22,614 nt of DNA from Tolypothrix carrinoi HA7290-LM1 (GTDB taxonomy: Bacteria; Cyanobacteriota; Cyanobacteriia; Cyanobacteriales; Nostocaceae): contig JAHHIK010000124.1 in assembly GCA_019358935.1 (NCBI GenBank), forward strand, positions 1 to 22,614. Direction: 5' to 3'. A program made the translations under genes and the position numbers. The notes beneath the pieces are model-generated. The model was not told the DNA's origin and ran no database searches. It saw only the letters and a program-made list of their open reading frames with translations. Shown here one piece after another: positions 1 through 7,009 of the stretch (position 1 is the first letter of the stretch; every line of letters begins with the position of its first letter).

Positions 1-2
1 TT

Positions 3-62
3 GAAGACTTGCTTGATACTTTGCCGGAACCACTAAAAGAAAATATCACGGCGCTTGGTTAA
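3..62 (+). CDS. 3' end of a small ORF truncated by the window edge (...EDLLDTLPEPLKENITALG*), possibly the small ribbon-helix-helix-type accessory gene of an IS200/IS605 (TnpB) element
   Basis: Open frame 3-62 ending in TAA at 60-62. It is followed by an IS605-like hairpin. The EDLLDTLP resemblance to cyanobacterial IS605 accessory ORF tails is from recall only. Confidence 0.4.
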   Translation, partial: EDLLDTLPEPLKENITALG

Positions 63-125
63 CCCTGCATCGTAGCTTTCATCCCCTGGCTAAAGCCAAG
101 GGGTTTTCAGCATACCTCTTATAAA
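63..125 (-). mobile_element. Probable IS200/IS605-family element end: subterminal hairpin plus candidate TTTAT target motif
   Basis: Hairpin CCCCTGGC-TAAA-GCCAAGGGG at 83-103 in the context TTTCATCCCC...GGGGTTTTC, typical of IS200/IS605 ends. On the minus strand TTTAT (125-121) lies about 18 nt 5' of the hairpin. Confidence 0.55.
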
Positions 126-218
126 TCTTGTTTATAGATACTATACACGCCATGATTTGATTACTAGCTTGGGCGTTGCTACAGTGTTAATTACTAATTA
201 ACTGTCAGGTATGCTGCT

Positions 219-512
219 ATGAATAATAACATAAGGTGTCTGAAATCAGAAGACGCGGTAACAACTATTGGGCAACAAGTAAAGTTTGCTACCTTTACTC
301 AGAATTCATACTTATTTGCATTCCTTAAAAAATATTGGTTAAATTTAGTCAGATGGCTATTAGATAATAATAAAGAAATACAAGTTTGGCAAAAAAGCGA
401 TCGCCACGGGAATATCTACTGGAAAGCTTACGATCCGATAACCGGAAAATCTTTCTCTTCTGGTTCAGAAGCTGATATATCTATATGGATTGAACAACGT
501 TACAGGAAATAA
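219..512 (+). CDS. Conserved cyanobacterial hypothetical protein
   Basis: 97-aa ORF with the motif QVWQKSDRHGNIYWKAYDPITGKS...SEADISIWIEQRY, which recurs in small cyanobacterial proteins. First gene of an apparent three-gene operon. Confidence 0.7.
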   Translation: MNNNIRCLKSEDAVTTIGQQVKFATFTQNSYLFAFLKKYWLNLVRWLLDNNKEIQVWQKSDRHGNIYWKAYDPITGKSFSSGSEADISIWIEQRYRK

Positions 513-516
513 AGAT

Positions 517-1167
517 ATGACATTAAGTCTTGTAATTGGCAATAAAAATTATTCATCTTGGTCATTGCGTCCCTGGTTAGCGATGAAACAATTCGGTTTA
601 CAATTCAAAGAAATTTACATTCCTCTCTATAATCAAGAATCTTCCTCAAAAATTCGGCAATATTCTCCCTCTGGAAAAGTACCTGTGCTGCTGCACGATA
701 CTCAAACTGTGTGGGATTCTCTCGCTATTTGCGAATATCTAGCTGAAGAATTCCCTCATATGCATTGGTGGTCTAAAGATAAAGCTGCAAAAGCTTTCGC
801 TCGTTCTATCAGCGCGGAAATACACTCAGGCTTTCAAAATTTGCGTCAGAATATGCCTATGAATTGCCGTGCCAGACACCCTGGAAAAGGTATGGCATTG
901 GGTGTACAAAAAGATATTGACCGTATTACTGATATTTGGCAAGAATGTCGTCAAAAGTTTGGAGTTGATGGCAATATGTTGTTTGGCGATTTTACCATCG
1001 CTGATGCTATGTTTGCCCCGGTAGCTTTGCGGTTTGTAACTTCTGATGTGCAATTAGATGCTGTCTCACAGAATTATGTTGAGGCAATTTTGTCACTACC
1101 AGCAATACAGGAATGGATAAAAGCAGCCGAAACTGAATCAGAAATCATCAGCAATTACGAGTTTTGA
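517..1167 (+). CDS. Glutathione S-transferase family protein
   Basis: LVIGNKNYSSWSLRPWL, SPSGKVPVL, VWDSLAICEYLAE and LFGDFTIADAMFAPV motifs. ATG at 517 preferred over the TTG at 490, which overlaps the upstream gene. Confidence 0.93.
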   Translation: MTLSLVIGNKNYSSWSLRPWLAMKQFGLQFKEIYIPLYNQESSSKIRQYSPSGKVPVLLHDTQTVWDSLAICEYLAEEFPHMHWWSKDKAAKAFARSISAEIHSGFQNLRQNMPMNCRARHPGKGMALGVQKDIDRITDIWQECRQKFGVDGNMLFGDFTIADAMFAPVALRFVTSDVQLDAVSQNYVEAILSLPAIQEWIKAAETESEIISNYEF

Positions 1168-1216
1168 GAAAATCAGGGTTTATTTTTACGATAAAATCAA
1201 ACGTAATTGGGTACTG

Positions 1217-1738
1217 ATGAGAATTATGTGCGATTGCACTTACTACGAAACAATGGCAGAGTATAACTTTTGGATGAATCAAAAGCTTTATGCCATCTGT
1301 GCAGAAATCCCTGACGAAAAAAGAAAAGAAGATTTAGGTGCGTTTTTTAAGTCGATACACGGAACTTTAAATCATCTGCTTTTTGGCGATCGCGCCTGGA
1401 TGGGACGTTTCATCGAGAAACCTTTTACCGCTAAAATCGGACAGGAATTATATGCAGATTTTAATGAACTTCGCCAACAACGAGAACTTACCGATCAACA
1501 AATTATAGAATGGTCAAAAAGCCTTTCACATGAGTGGTTAAACCAACCATTCAAATACACCAGCGGTGTAGACGGAAAAACGCGAATTTTACCCGCTTGG
1601 GTTTTGGTGACGCATATGTTTAATCATCAAACTCACCACCGAGGGCAATTAACTACTCTCCTTAGCCAGTTAGGATACGATGCGGGGGTTACTGATTTAC
1701 CGTTTTTGCCTTGTTTGAATGCGGTTGTTAAAGTATAG
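1217..1738 (+). CDS. DinB family protein (DinB/YfiT-like metal-binding four-helix bundle)
   Basis: YNFWMNQKLY, FFKSIHGTLNHLL and HMFNHQTHHRGQLTTLLSQLG motifs with the His triad. Confidence 0.92.
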   Translation: MRIMCDCTYYETMAEYNFWMNQKLYAICAEIPDEKRKEDLGAFFKSIHGTLNHLLFGDRAWMGRFIEKPFTAKIGQELYADFNELRQQRELTDQQIIEWSKSLSHEWLNQPFKYTSGVDGKTRILPAWVLVTHMFNHQTHHRGQLTTLLSQLGYDAGVTDLPFLPCLNAVVKV

Positions 1739-1825
1739 GAACCCACAGGCAAGGTTGCTCATTGATGCAAGCCCACCGATTACTCGGTTAGGCAGGGTGG
1801 AGAGTATCAAGGAAATTGAAGGAAG

Positions 1826-1857
1826 GCGTTCGCCTCCGGCGTTGGCTTTGCCATCGC
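1826..1857. repeat. Small dispersed repeat inserted in a HIP1 site (SDR5-like)
   Basis: GCG + 24 nt (TTCGCCTCCGGCGTTGGCTTTGCC) + ATCGC. Removing the insert restores the perfect palindrome GAAGGCGATCGCCTTC. Confidence 0.7.
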
Positions 1858-2045
1858 CTTCTGATTAAAACCTGGTACTACAAGCAATTGACAAGAGTCA
1901 GATTTGAAGACAGCAAAGTAGATGCGTTTGCCCTGCTTTAGCCTAAGCATCTAGGAGCGCTAGGCGTGTTTTGTTGTTTACGTTCCTTAATTTGGACTAA
2001 GGTCATTGACTCAATGCAACTAAAGGCATTCTTCGTCGGCTGGTC

Positions 2046-2402
2046 TTATGCTGATTTTGTTAAGGCACGTAGTAGTCTTTGTTTCGGGCGGTGTCGTGGT
2101 TCGGTCGTGAGGAAGCTAACAAGCTCGTACAGTTCCAAAACCCTAACCCCCTTGGCACTAATCTCGCCATAGTTTTCAATTACCCTTTGAACCCATAGAT
2201 TAAAGTCATCCGGCGACCAGCCATCAAAATGGTTGGCAATGCATCCAATCAGGATATCGTACCCTGCCTTTAGTGGAAATCCAGCAGCGGTTGCAGCAGC
2301 TTCGCAATCTTTGCGACAACTGGCGAGCGCTCGTTCAAAATCTAGAGTACTGACTTCCAGAGCGTTAATGGACATCGTGCCATTCAAAGTTTCAACAATC
2401 AT
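2046..2402 (-). CDS. Hypothetical protein, no recognised family
   Basis: 118-aa ATG-started ORF with protein-like composition, isolated in a 1.2-kb gap between convergent operons. Confidence 0.5.
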   Translation of the reverse strand: MIVETLNGTMSINALEVSTLDFERALASCRKDCEAAATAAGFPLKAGYDILIGCIANHFDGWSPDDFNLWVQRVIENYGEISAKGVRVLELYELVSFLTTEPRHRPKQRLLRALTKSA

Positions 2403-2709
2403 TGTTATACGTTCCGTCTTAAAGTGTACTTAAGGGCGATGCGGGTATTAATACGTAAGACTATTAAAAAGCGATCGCTCTTTTAATGGGTATATTTTTC
2501 TATTTACCAGATAAGTGTCCCTTTCACCCTTTTCCACAACAAAATTCAACTTAGGCAAAAAAGATATGTCCCTAGCGCATGAAAAACCCCAGCAACGAGT
2601 GCCTCGTCGTCTGGAAGTGTCGATATCTCGTTGTGCATCCCAAAATTAACTCATGAAATTAATCGTAGACGCGCTTTCTCTTATACGTATTAAACGCCTA
2701 AGCTCGCCG

Positions 2710-2988
2710 TAATTCATAATTAATAATTAATAATTCATAATTTAAATCAGTGTCAATATAATTCATAATTAATAATTATTAAATCATAATTATTACCCCA
2801 CGCCTGAATGCGTGGGCTTGATTTCGGAAGAAAATTGATTTGCTCTCTACCCTAAATTATGAATTATGAATTACTCCATTATTGCTACAAGATTACCTAT
2901 CTTCTTTCTCTTCTTCCTTTGTGTACTTCGTGTCTTTGCGGTTCGTTAAATAGGTATTTTTCGAGCGGGAAGGGAGTATGAATTATGA
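2710..2988. repeat. STRR-type heptamer arrays in inverted orientation enclosing a GC-rich hairpin
   Basis: TAATT(C/A)A-like units at 2710-2744 and 2759-2793. Reverse-complement units TGAATTA at 2853-2873 and 2979-2988. Hairpin CCCACGC-CTGAAT-GCGTGGG at 2797-2816. Confidence 0.85.
2874..2976. mobile_element. 103-bp MITE-like element with TA target duplication (IS630/Tc1-mariner style)
   Basis: TA at 2872-2873 and at 2977-2978. Ungapped imperfect 27-bp terminal inverted repeats (19/27 match, both starting CTCC and ending TACCTAT). Excision restores an uninterrupted TGAATTA array. Confidence 0.7.
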
Positions 2989-2989
2989 T

Positions 2990-4609
2990 TTAATAATTAT
3001 GTTTGTCATATTCAACTTTGCCGTAATCTAACTTAATTACTCTATCTGCTAAATGAAAATAGTGGTCATCGTGGCTGATAACTAATACTGTTTTACCTTG
3101 TTGCTTGAGATTTAGTAGTATTTCTTTATAAAATATATCCCGGAAAACAGGGTCTTGATCTGATGCCCATTCATCAAATAAATAAATCGAACGATTTTCT
3201 AAATATGCAGTTAATAAAGCCAGACGTTTTCGCTGTCCTTGGGATAGTGCTGTAGTCGATAATTTGCCGTTTTCAATCTTCACTTTGCGAGCCAATTGCA
3301 ACTGTTGCAAATATTCTTGTGCCTGTTTATCAAAGTCAATATTACTAATACCTAAAATGCGGTCAAATAAATAGAAATCTGAAAAAACTACAGAAAAATG
3401 CTGCCGATACCACTCGCGATTTTCATCGGTAATTACTTTACCATCTAGCCGAATTTGCCCTGATTCGGGGATGTACAATCCTGTAATCAGTTTCGCCAAA
3501 GTGGACTTACCGCTACCATTACCGCCTACAATGAACACTAATTGACCGGGATGAAAAGTCAAATCCAGTGGACCTAAAATGAAATTGCTGTCTTCTACTT
3601 CACCTGGGTAAGCATGGGTGACTTGTTGTAATTCTAGTGTAGAAAATATCCCCGTGTCTTTGTGTCCCCCTGTCCCCGTGTCTTCTTTTTGCGCGGCTAA
3701 TGTTAACCCGATTCTTTCTATTTTTTGCAGTGCTACACTTGCTCTAGACAGTTGCTGAAGTTTGTCTAATATGCTTTGCATTGGTAGCATCAGGTAAGTG
3801 AAGGTAAGTATATATCCTGATAATACAGATGGCTCAATTGCTATTAATTGCGGTAAACCAAATAGCAATAAACCCACAAGAGTGAAAAATAGCAGATTTG
3901 ACCAGTTGCTACCAATTGAAAATGTTATCAGCGCTGTAGCATTATGATCGCGGGATGTCGCAGCGCTTTTTTGCAATTCTTGTGAGAAAAAGTCTTGACG
4001 GCGGGCGGCGTGTAGTTTGAGTTCTTTGATACCATCAATGATGGTGCTAAAATGTTTGAATAAGCGGTCTTGGTCGTCTCTTGCTAAAGTGAGAAAATGT
4101 TGCGCTCTATTAATTAACAGTTGAATAGTACCCAACGCTACCATGATAAAGCCGATTGTAAAGGCAAACACGCCGATGGAAAGCGAACCGAGGTACAGCA
4201 AGCAACCGGCAATAATTGCAATGTCAACGCAAATAAAGGGAATTGCGTAAACTGTGGTGGATAGTGTAGCAACATCTTCGGTGAGGGTTGTCATTAATTG
4301 ATTTGCACCGAGTTGTTCTAAATGTCGCAGGGGAGAAGATAAAATCCCTTGACTCAAGCGCAACCGCAAGCGATAAACAGCGTCTTGGGAAAGATTGATT
4401 AACAAAACTTGGCAGATGATGCTGTTGATGAGAACTACGAAGGCTAGTGCTGCGAAGTACCACACTATGTTAGATGTAAAATTGCCACTGACAGCACTGT
4501 TAATTAGTGCAATCAGTCGGGCGGTGGTTCCACCGCTGACTAAACCAGTTAAAATAGCGATCGCTACCTGTAACTTTGAAGCTCGCAACAAAAGCCAGAT
4601 TAAATTCAT
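2990..4609 (-). CDS. Cyclic peptide export ABC transporter, fused permease-ATPase (PvdE/SyrD/YojI family)
   Basis: Six-TM N-terminal half with DGIKELKLH. Walker A GGNGSGKST, family motif VFSDFYLF, signature LSQGQRKRL, Walker B YLFDEWASDQDP, ISHDD. Confidence 0.94.
   Translation of the reverse strand: MNLIWLLLRASKLQVAIAILTGLVSGGTTARLIALINSAVSGNFTSNIVWYFAALAFVVLINSIICQVLLINLSQDAVYRLRLRLSQGILSSPLRHLEQLGANQLMTTLTEDVATLSTTVYAIPFICVDIAIIAGCLLYLGSLSIGVFAFTIGFIMVALGTIQLLINRAQHFLTLARDDQDRLFKHFSTIIDGIKELKLHAARRQDFFSQELQKSAATSRDHNATALITFSIGSNWSNLLFFTLVGLLLFGLPQLIAIEPSVLSGYILTFTYLMLPMQSILDKLQQLSRASVALQKIERIGLTLAAQKEDTGTGGHKDTGIFSTLELQQVTHAYPGEVEDSNFILGPLDLTFHPGQLVFIVGGNGSGKSTLAKLITGLYIPESGQIRLDGKVITDENREWYRQHFSVVFSDFYLFDRILGISNIDFDKQAQEYLQQLQLARKVKIENGKLSTTALSQGQRKRLALLTAYLENRSIYLFDEWASDQDPVFRDIFYKEILLNLKQQGKTVLVISHDDHYFHLADRVIKLDYGKVEYDKHNY
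3649..3682. repeat. Four 8-bp tandem units (TCCCCGTG-like) inside the ABC transporter gene
   Basis: TCCCCGTG TCTTTGTG TCCCCCTG TCCCCGTG, encoding DTGTGGHKDTG in the TMD-NBD linker. Confidence 0.75.
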
Positions 4610-4628
4610 CCACGATACCGCAATGGTG

Positions 4629-5264
4629 TTAGTTCGGTTTTAACCCAATCATCAGTGCAAGTTCCAGCCACTTCCAGTAACAATCTACGTTACTTAAGCC
4701 GATTTCTCGCAACCAAGTTAGTTGGGTTTCCACGTCTAAAAGTTTATTTGATGGATCGTCTTGTTCCAAAGTTATACCAATCGCTTTTAAAAAATATTCG
4801 TGCAATGCTGGTGTTGACGAAGAAACATGTTCTAAGTTGCAGAAAATACCACCCGGTTCCAATATTTGAAATATTTCTGTGTAGAGAGAATGTTTGCGAT
4901 CGTCGCTGAGGTGGTGGATGGCAAAGCTGGAAACTACTGCATCAAATTTACCCAACTCTGGCAATGGTTCATCTAAATTGTGAGCGATCGCTTTGGTCGT
5001 TGCATCGTTTGCAAAGCGGTTTTTTACAGCTTCCAGCATCGTCGGTGAAAAGTCAATTGCCACACCTTCAACTTGCGGACGGTCAATTTTCAGGAGTGCT
5101 AATAAGCGACCATCTCCAGTTCCCAAGTCAAGAATGCGCTTGACTGTTTTCGGAACTTGTTCTAACAGCACTTTTTCCCCTTCAGTGCGATGAGGAATTT
5201 GATCTGCTTGTGCTAAATAGCGTAAAGCGTGGTCAGCAGAAGTCCAGAGGTTGATTTGAGTCAT
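4629..5264 (-). CDS. Class I SAM-dependent methyltransferase
   Basis: ILDLGTGDG motif I, IDFSPTML, FDAVVSSFAIHHL and LEPGGIF motifs. Confidence 0.92.
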   Translation of the reverse strand: MTQINLWTSADHALRYLAQADQIPHRTEGEKVLLEQVPKTVKRILDLGTGDGRLLALLKIDRPQVEGVAIDFSPTMLEAVKNRFANDATTKAIAHNLDEPLPELGKFDAVVSSFAIHHLSDDRKHSLYTEIFQILEPGGIFCNLEHVSSSTPALHEYFLKAIGITLEQDDPSNKLLDVETQLTWLREIGLSNVDCYWKWLELALMIGLKPN

Positions 5265-5307
5265 TTGTTAAAGAATATTTGTTTTCTCTAATTTTAAGAA
5301 TTAGCAA

Positions 5308-5332
5308 TAGGTGCGTTGAATCACGCACCTAC
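5308..5332. repeat. GTAG-type REP-like palindrome, possible terminator or processing hairpin
   Basis: TAGGTGCGT-TGAATC-ACGCACCTAC, a 9-bp perfect stem ending in CTAC, directly after the stop of the 86-aa gene. Confidence 0.65.
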
Positions 5333-5337
5333 GTTTT

Positions 5338-5598
5338 TCAAGCATGAAGGTTAGCTTGTTCTTGCAACCACGGATCTACAGGTTGTCCATCTTTGCGACG
5401 CAGCTCAATTTCAACTACCATCACTTCTTTGGAACCTGGGGGAGCCGGTTTTTTATGGAAAATAATGTCGTAGTCTGCTGGATTGTGCTGACGCTCTTTC
5501 AACCAATCTTGCACTTTAGTGGTGGCAAAAAATGATTGCCCTTGCTCAAACATGCTAGTAATCTGCATCTGTAGAGAGAAAGGATTTAATCTACCCAT
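5338..5598 (-). CDS. Conserved cyanobacterial hypothetical protein (86 aa)
   Basis: ATG start with a strong RBS (AAGGAG on the minus strand, about 5604-5610). MGRLNPFSLQMQIT...ELRRKDGQPVDPWLQ looks like a conserved cyanobacterial family. Confidence 0.8.
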   Translation of the reverse strand: MGRLNPFSLQMQITSMFEQGQSFFATTKVQDWLKERQHNPADYDIIFHKKPAPPGSKEVMVVEIELRRKDGQPVDPWLQEQANLHA

Positions 5599-5642
5599 TG
5601 TCTACTCCTTTAGAAATGTTTTCAATACAAGCCCAAATGCTA

Positions 5643-5651
5643 TGCTATAAT
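5643..5651 (+). promoter_or_regulatory. Extended -10 promoter element
   Basis: Perfect TGnTATAAT (TGCTATAAT) just upstream of the structured non-coding segment. Confidence 0.65.
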
Positions 5652-5657
5652 ACTTCT

Positions 5658-5813
5658 TGTACGGCAGGGAGTGCCGGAACTCACGCTTGAGGAGCTAGTT
5701 GCAAGACTAGGATAACACTGAAAACATCATGTGTGCCCAAGAAACCTAAACCCTTGTGGTTGAGGTACTTCACAATTTTTATGATCCAAGAGGGCAGGCA
5801 TTTTGTCTGCCCT
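5658..5813 (+). ncRNA. Candidate structured small RNA, about 155 nt
   Basis: Extended -10 upstream. Closing stem GGAGTGCC (5668-5675) with GGTACTTC (5764-5771). Internal hairpins include CTAGTT-GCAA-GACTAG with a GNRA loop (5695-5710). Strong 3' hairpin. The obvious internal ORF is only 6 codons. Confidence 0.65.
5791..5813 (+). terminator. Strong hairpin, probable 3' end of the candidate sRNA
   Basis: AGGGCAGGCA-TTT-TGTCTGCCCT, 10-bp stem with one G-U pair. The U-tail is weak. Confidence 0.55.
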
Positions 5814-6016
5814 TAAAAATTTCTAGATATTTTGAATCAGTTCTTCTACTGTGGGGGTTCGGTAAACCTCATAGTTAGAGTCGATTAGTAACAGTCAAAG
5901 TTAATCTATCTGAAGGAAAATCCGGAAAACTTGCGCTTGTACGGTAAACAGCAATACTAAACTTATTAAATGCTCGTTACAATCAAAGCTAGAAAGCAAG
6001 TTGAGGAGCGACCAGG

Positions 6017-6391
6017 ATGCAAGTTTCATACGACTCAGATAAACGTAAATTGCTATCATCTCTGTGTCATGGAGCGATTTTCTTTAGTACAGGATTATTA
6101 TCGATTGGGGTTCCGATTGTCATTAACTCACTTTCCGATGACCCAGTTGTTAAAAGCAACGCTAAAGAATCGATTAATTTTCACTTCAATGTTTGGTTCT
6201 GGGCAACTTTAATTGGAATCCCGATTGCGATTATATCTTTTATCACCTTTGGTATTGGCGGAATTTTGTTCTTCCCGGTTGTTGCACTTGGCTTTGCAAT
6301 ACACTGGGGATTGACAATTTGGGCATTATTCCACTGTCTAACTCAGCCTGATGAACCGTTCCGTTATCCGTTTATTTTTCGACTGTTTTAA
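6017..6391 (+). CDS. DUF4870 (Tic20-like) membrane protein
   Basis: LSSLCHGAIF, DPVVKSNAKESINFHFN, hydrophobic segments and C-terminal FRYPFIFRLF. GAGGAG RBS upstream. Confidence 0.88.
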   Translation: MQVSYDSDKRKLLSSLCHGAIFFSTGLLSIGVPIVINSLSDDPVVKSNAKESINFHFNVWFWATLIGIPIAIISFITFGIGGILFFPVVALGFAIHWGLTIWALFHCLTQPDEPFRYPFIFRLF

Positions 6392-6432
6392 TCGCGCTGA
6401 CAAACACACATTTGTGAAAATAGATAATCTTC

Positions 6433-6465
6433 AGATACCCGATTTCTCTAAGAAGTCGGGTATCT
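6433..6465. repeat. Palindromic dispersed repeat or rho-independent terminator
   Basis: AGATACCCGATTTCT-CTA-AGAAGTCGGGTATCT, a 15-bp near-perfect stem followed by TGTTTTTT. Confidence 0.75.
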
Positions 6466-6526
6466 TGTTTTTTCCTGCTATAGTGCGTATGTAGTGCTTA
6501 CTTTATTTCAGTTAGGCTAGATATTT

Positions 6527-6739
6527 ATGTCTCAACCAACTCAAAAAAAATTAATTCAGAAAACTCCAGGAATTTGCGGAGGTAACGCACGCATCCGCGA
6601 TACTCGTATTGCTGTTTGGACTTTAGTTTCTTTTCAAAAGCAAAAAGCTTCAGATGAGGAATTATTGAGAAATTATCCAGCATTAACAAAAGAAGATTTG
6701 AGCGCTGCTTGGTCTTATTATAAAGAAAATCCACAATAA
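6527..6739 (+). CDS. DUF433 antitoxin-like protein, probably shortened by a premature stop (original end about 6769)
   Basis: IQKTPGICGGNARIRDTRIAVW...ELLRNYPALTKEDLSAAWSYY is the DUF433 signature. The frame continues NPQ*INQVIADDA*. Confidence 0.85.
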   Translation: MSQPTQKKLIQKTPGICGGNARIRDTRIAVWTLVSFQKQKASDEELLRNYPALTKEDLSAAWSYYKENPQ

Positions 6740-6749
6740 ATCAACCAAG

Positions 6750-6977
6750 TTATAGCTGACGACGCATAACATCACTAGGTTTTATACAATCAAGAGAAAC
6801 TAGCAAATTTGCTATTCCTTCTTGGATATTAGCCAATCTTTCTACTGCGCTCTGAAGCTGTATCATTCCTTCTCGGAGTTCTTGTCTTTCAAGTCTTGCT
6901 TCAGCCATTGTATCTAACATTCCTTGAGCGGTTCTGGCATTGCTTTCTATGAGTTGCTTGAGTTCTTCATCCGTCAT
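6750..6977 (-). CDS. Small coiled-coil hypothetical protein, possibly 3'-truncated
   Basis: MTDEELKQLIESNARTAQ... heptad-rich sequence. The character changes after ...LLVSLD, and the tail overlaps the extended DUF433 frame. Confidence 0.65.
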   Translation of the reverse strand: MTDEELKQLIESNARTAQGMLDTMAEARLERQELREGMIQLQSAVERLANIQEGIANLLVSLDCIKPSDVMRRQL

Positions 6978-7009
6978 TGTGCAAGTTTTTATTATTGATT
7001 ATCAAAAAA

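Noticed and set aside
490..516. Longer N-termini in the ORF track for GST (also higA from 7620 and hicB from 10542)
   Set aside because: The extensions overlap upstream genes or palindromes. Family homology begins at the downstream ATGs (517, 7662, 10482).
1957..2578. GCGCTAGG/CCTAGCGC as terminal inverted repeats around the orphan ORF
   Set aside because: Only 8 bp, does not extend, and has no target duplication.
5338..5598. 86-aa protein as a RiPP precursor for the methyltransferase and exporter
   Set aside because: No leader, double-glycine or Cys/Ser/Thr-rich core. It looks globular, and no maturation enzymes are present.
5658..5775. tRNA or riboswitch interpretation of the multibranch RNA
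   Set aside because: No T-loop (GTTCRA), D-loop or CCA pattern, and I do not recognise a riboswitch consensus. It ends about 200 nt before the next gene.
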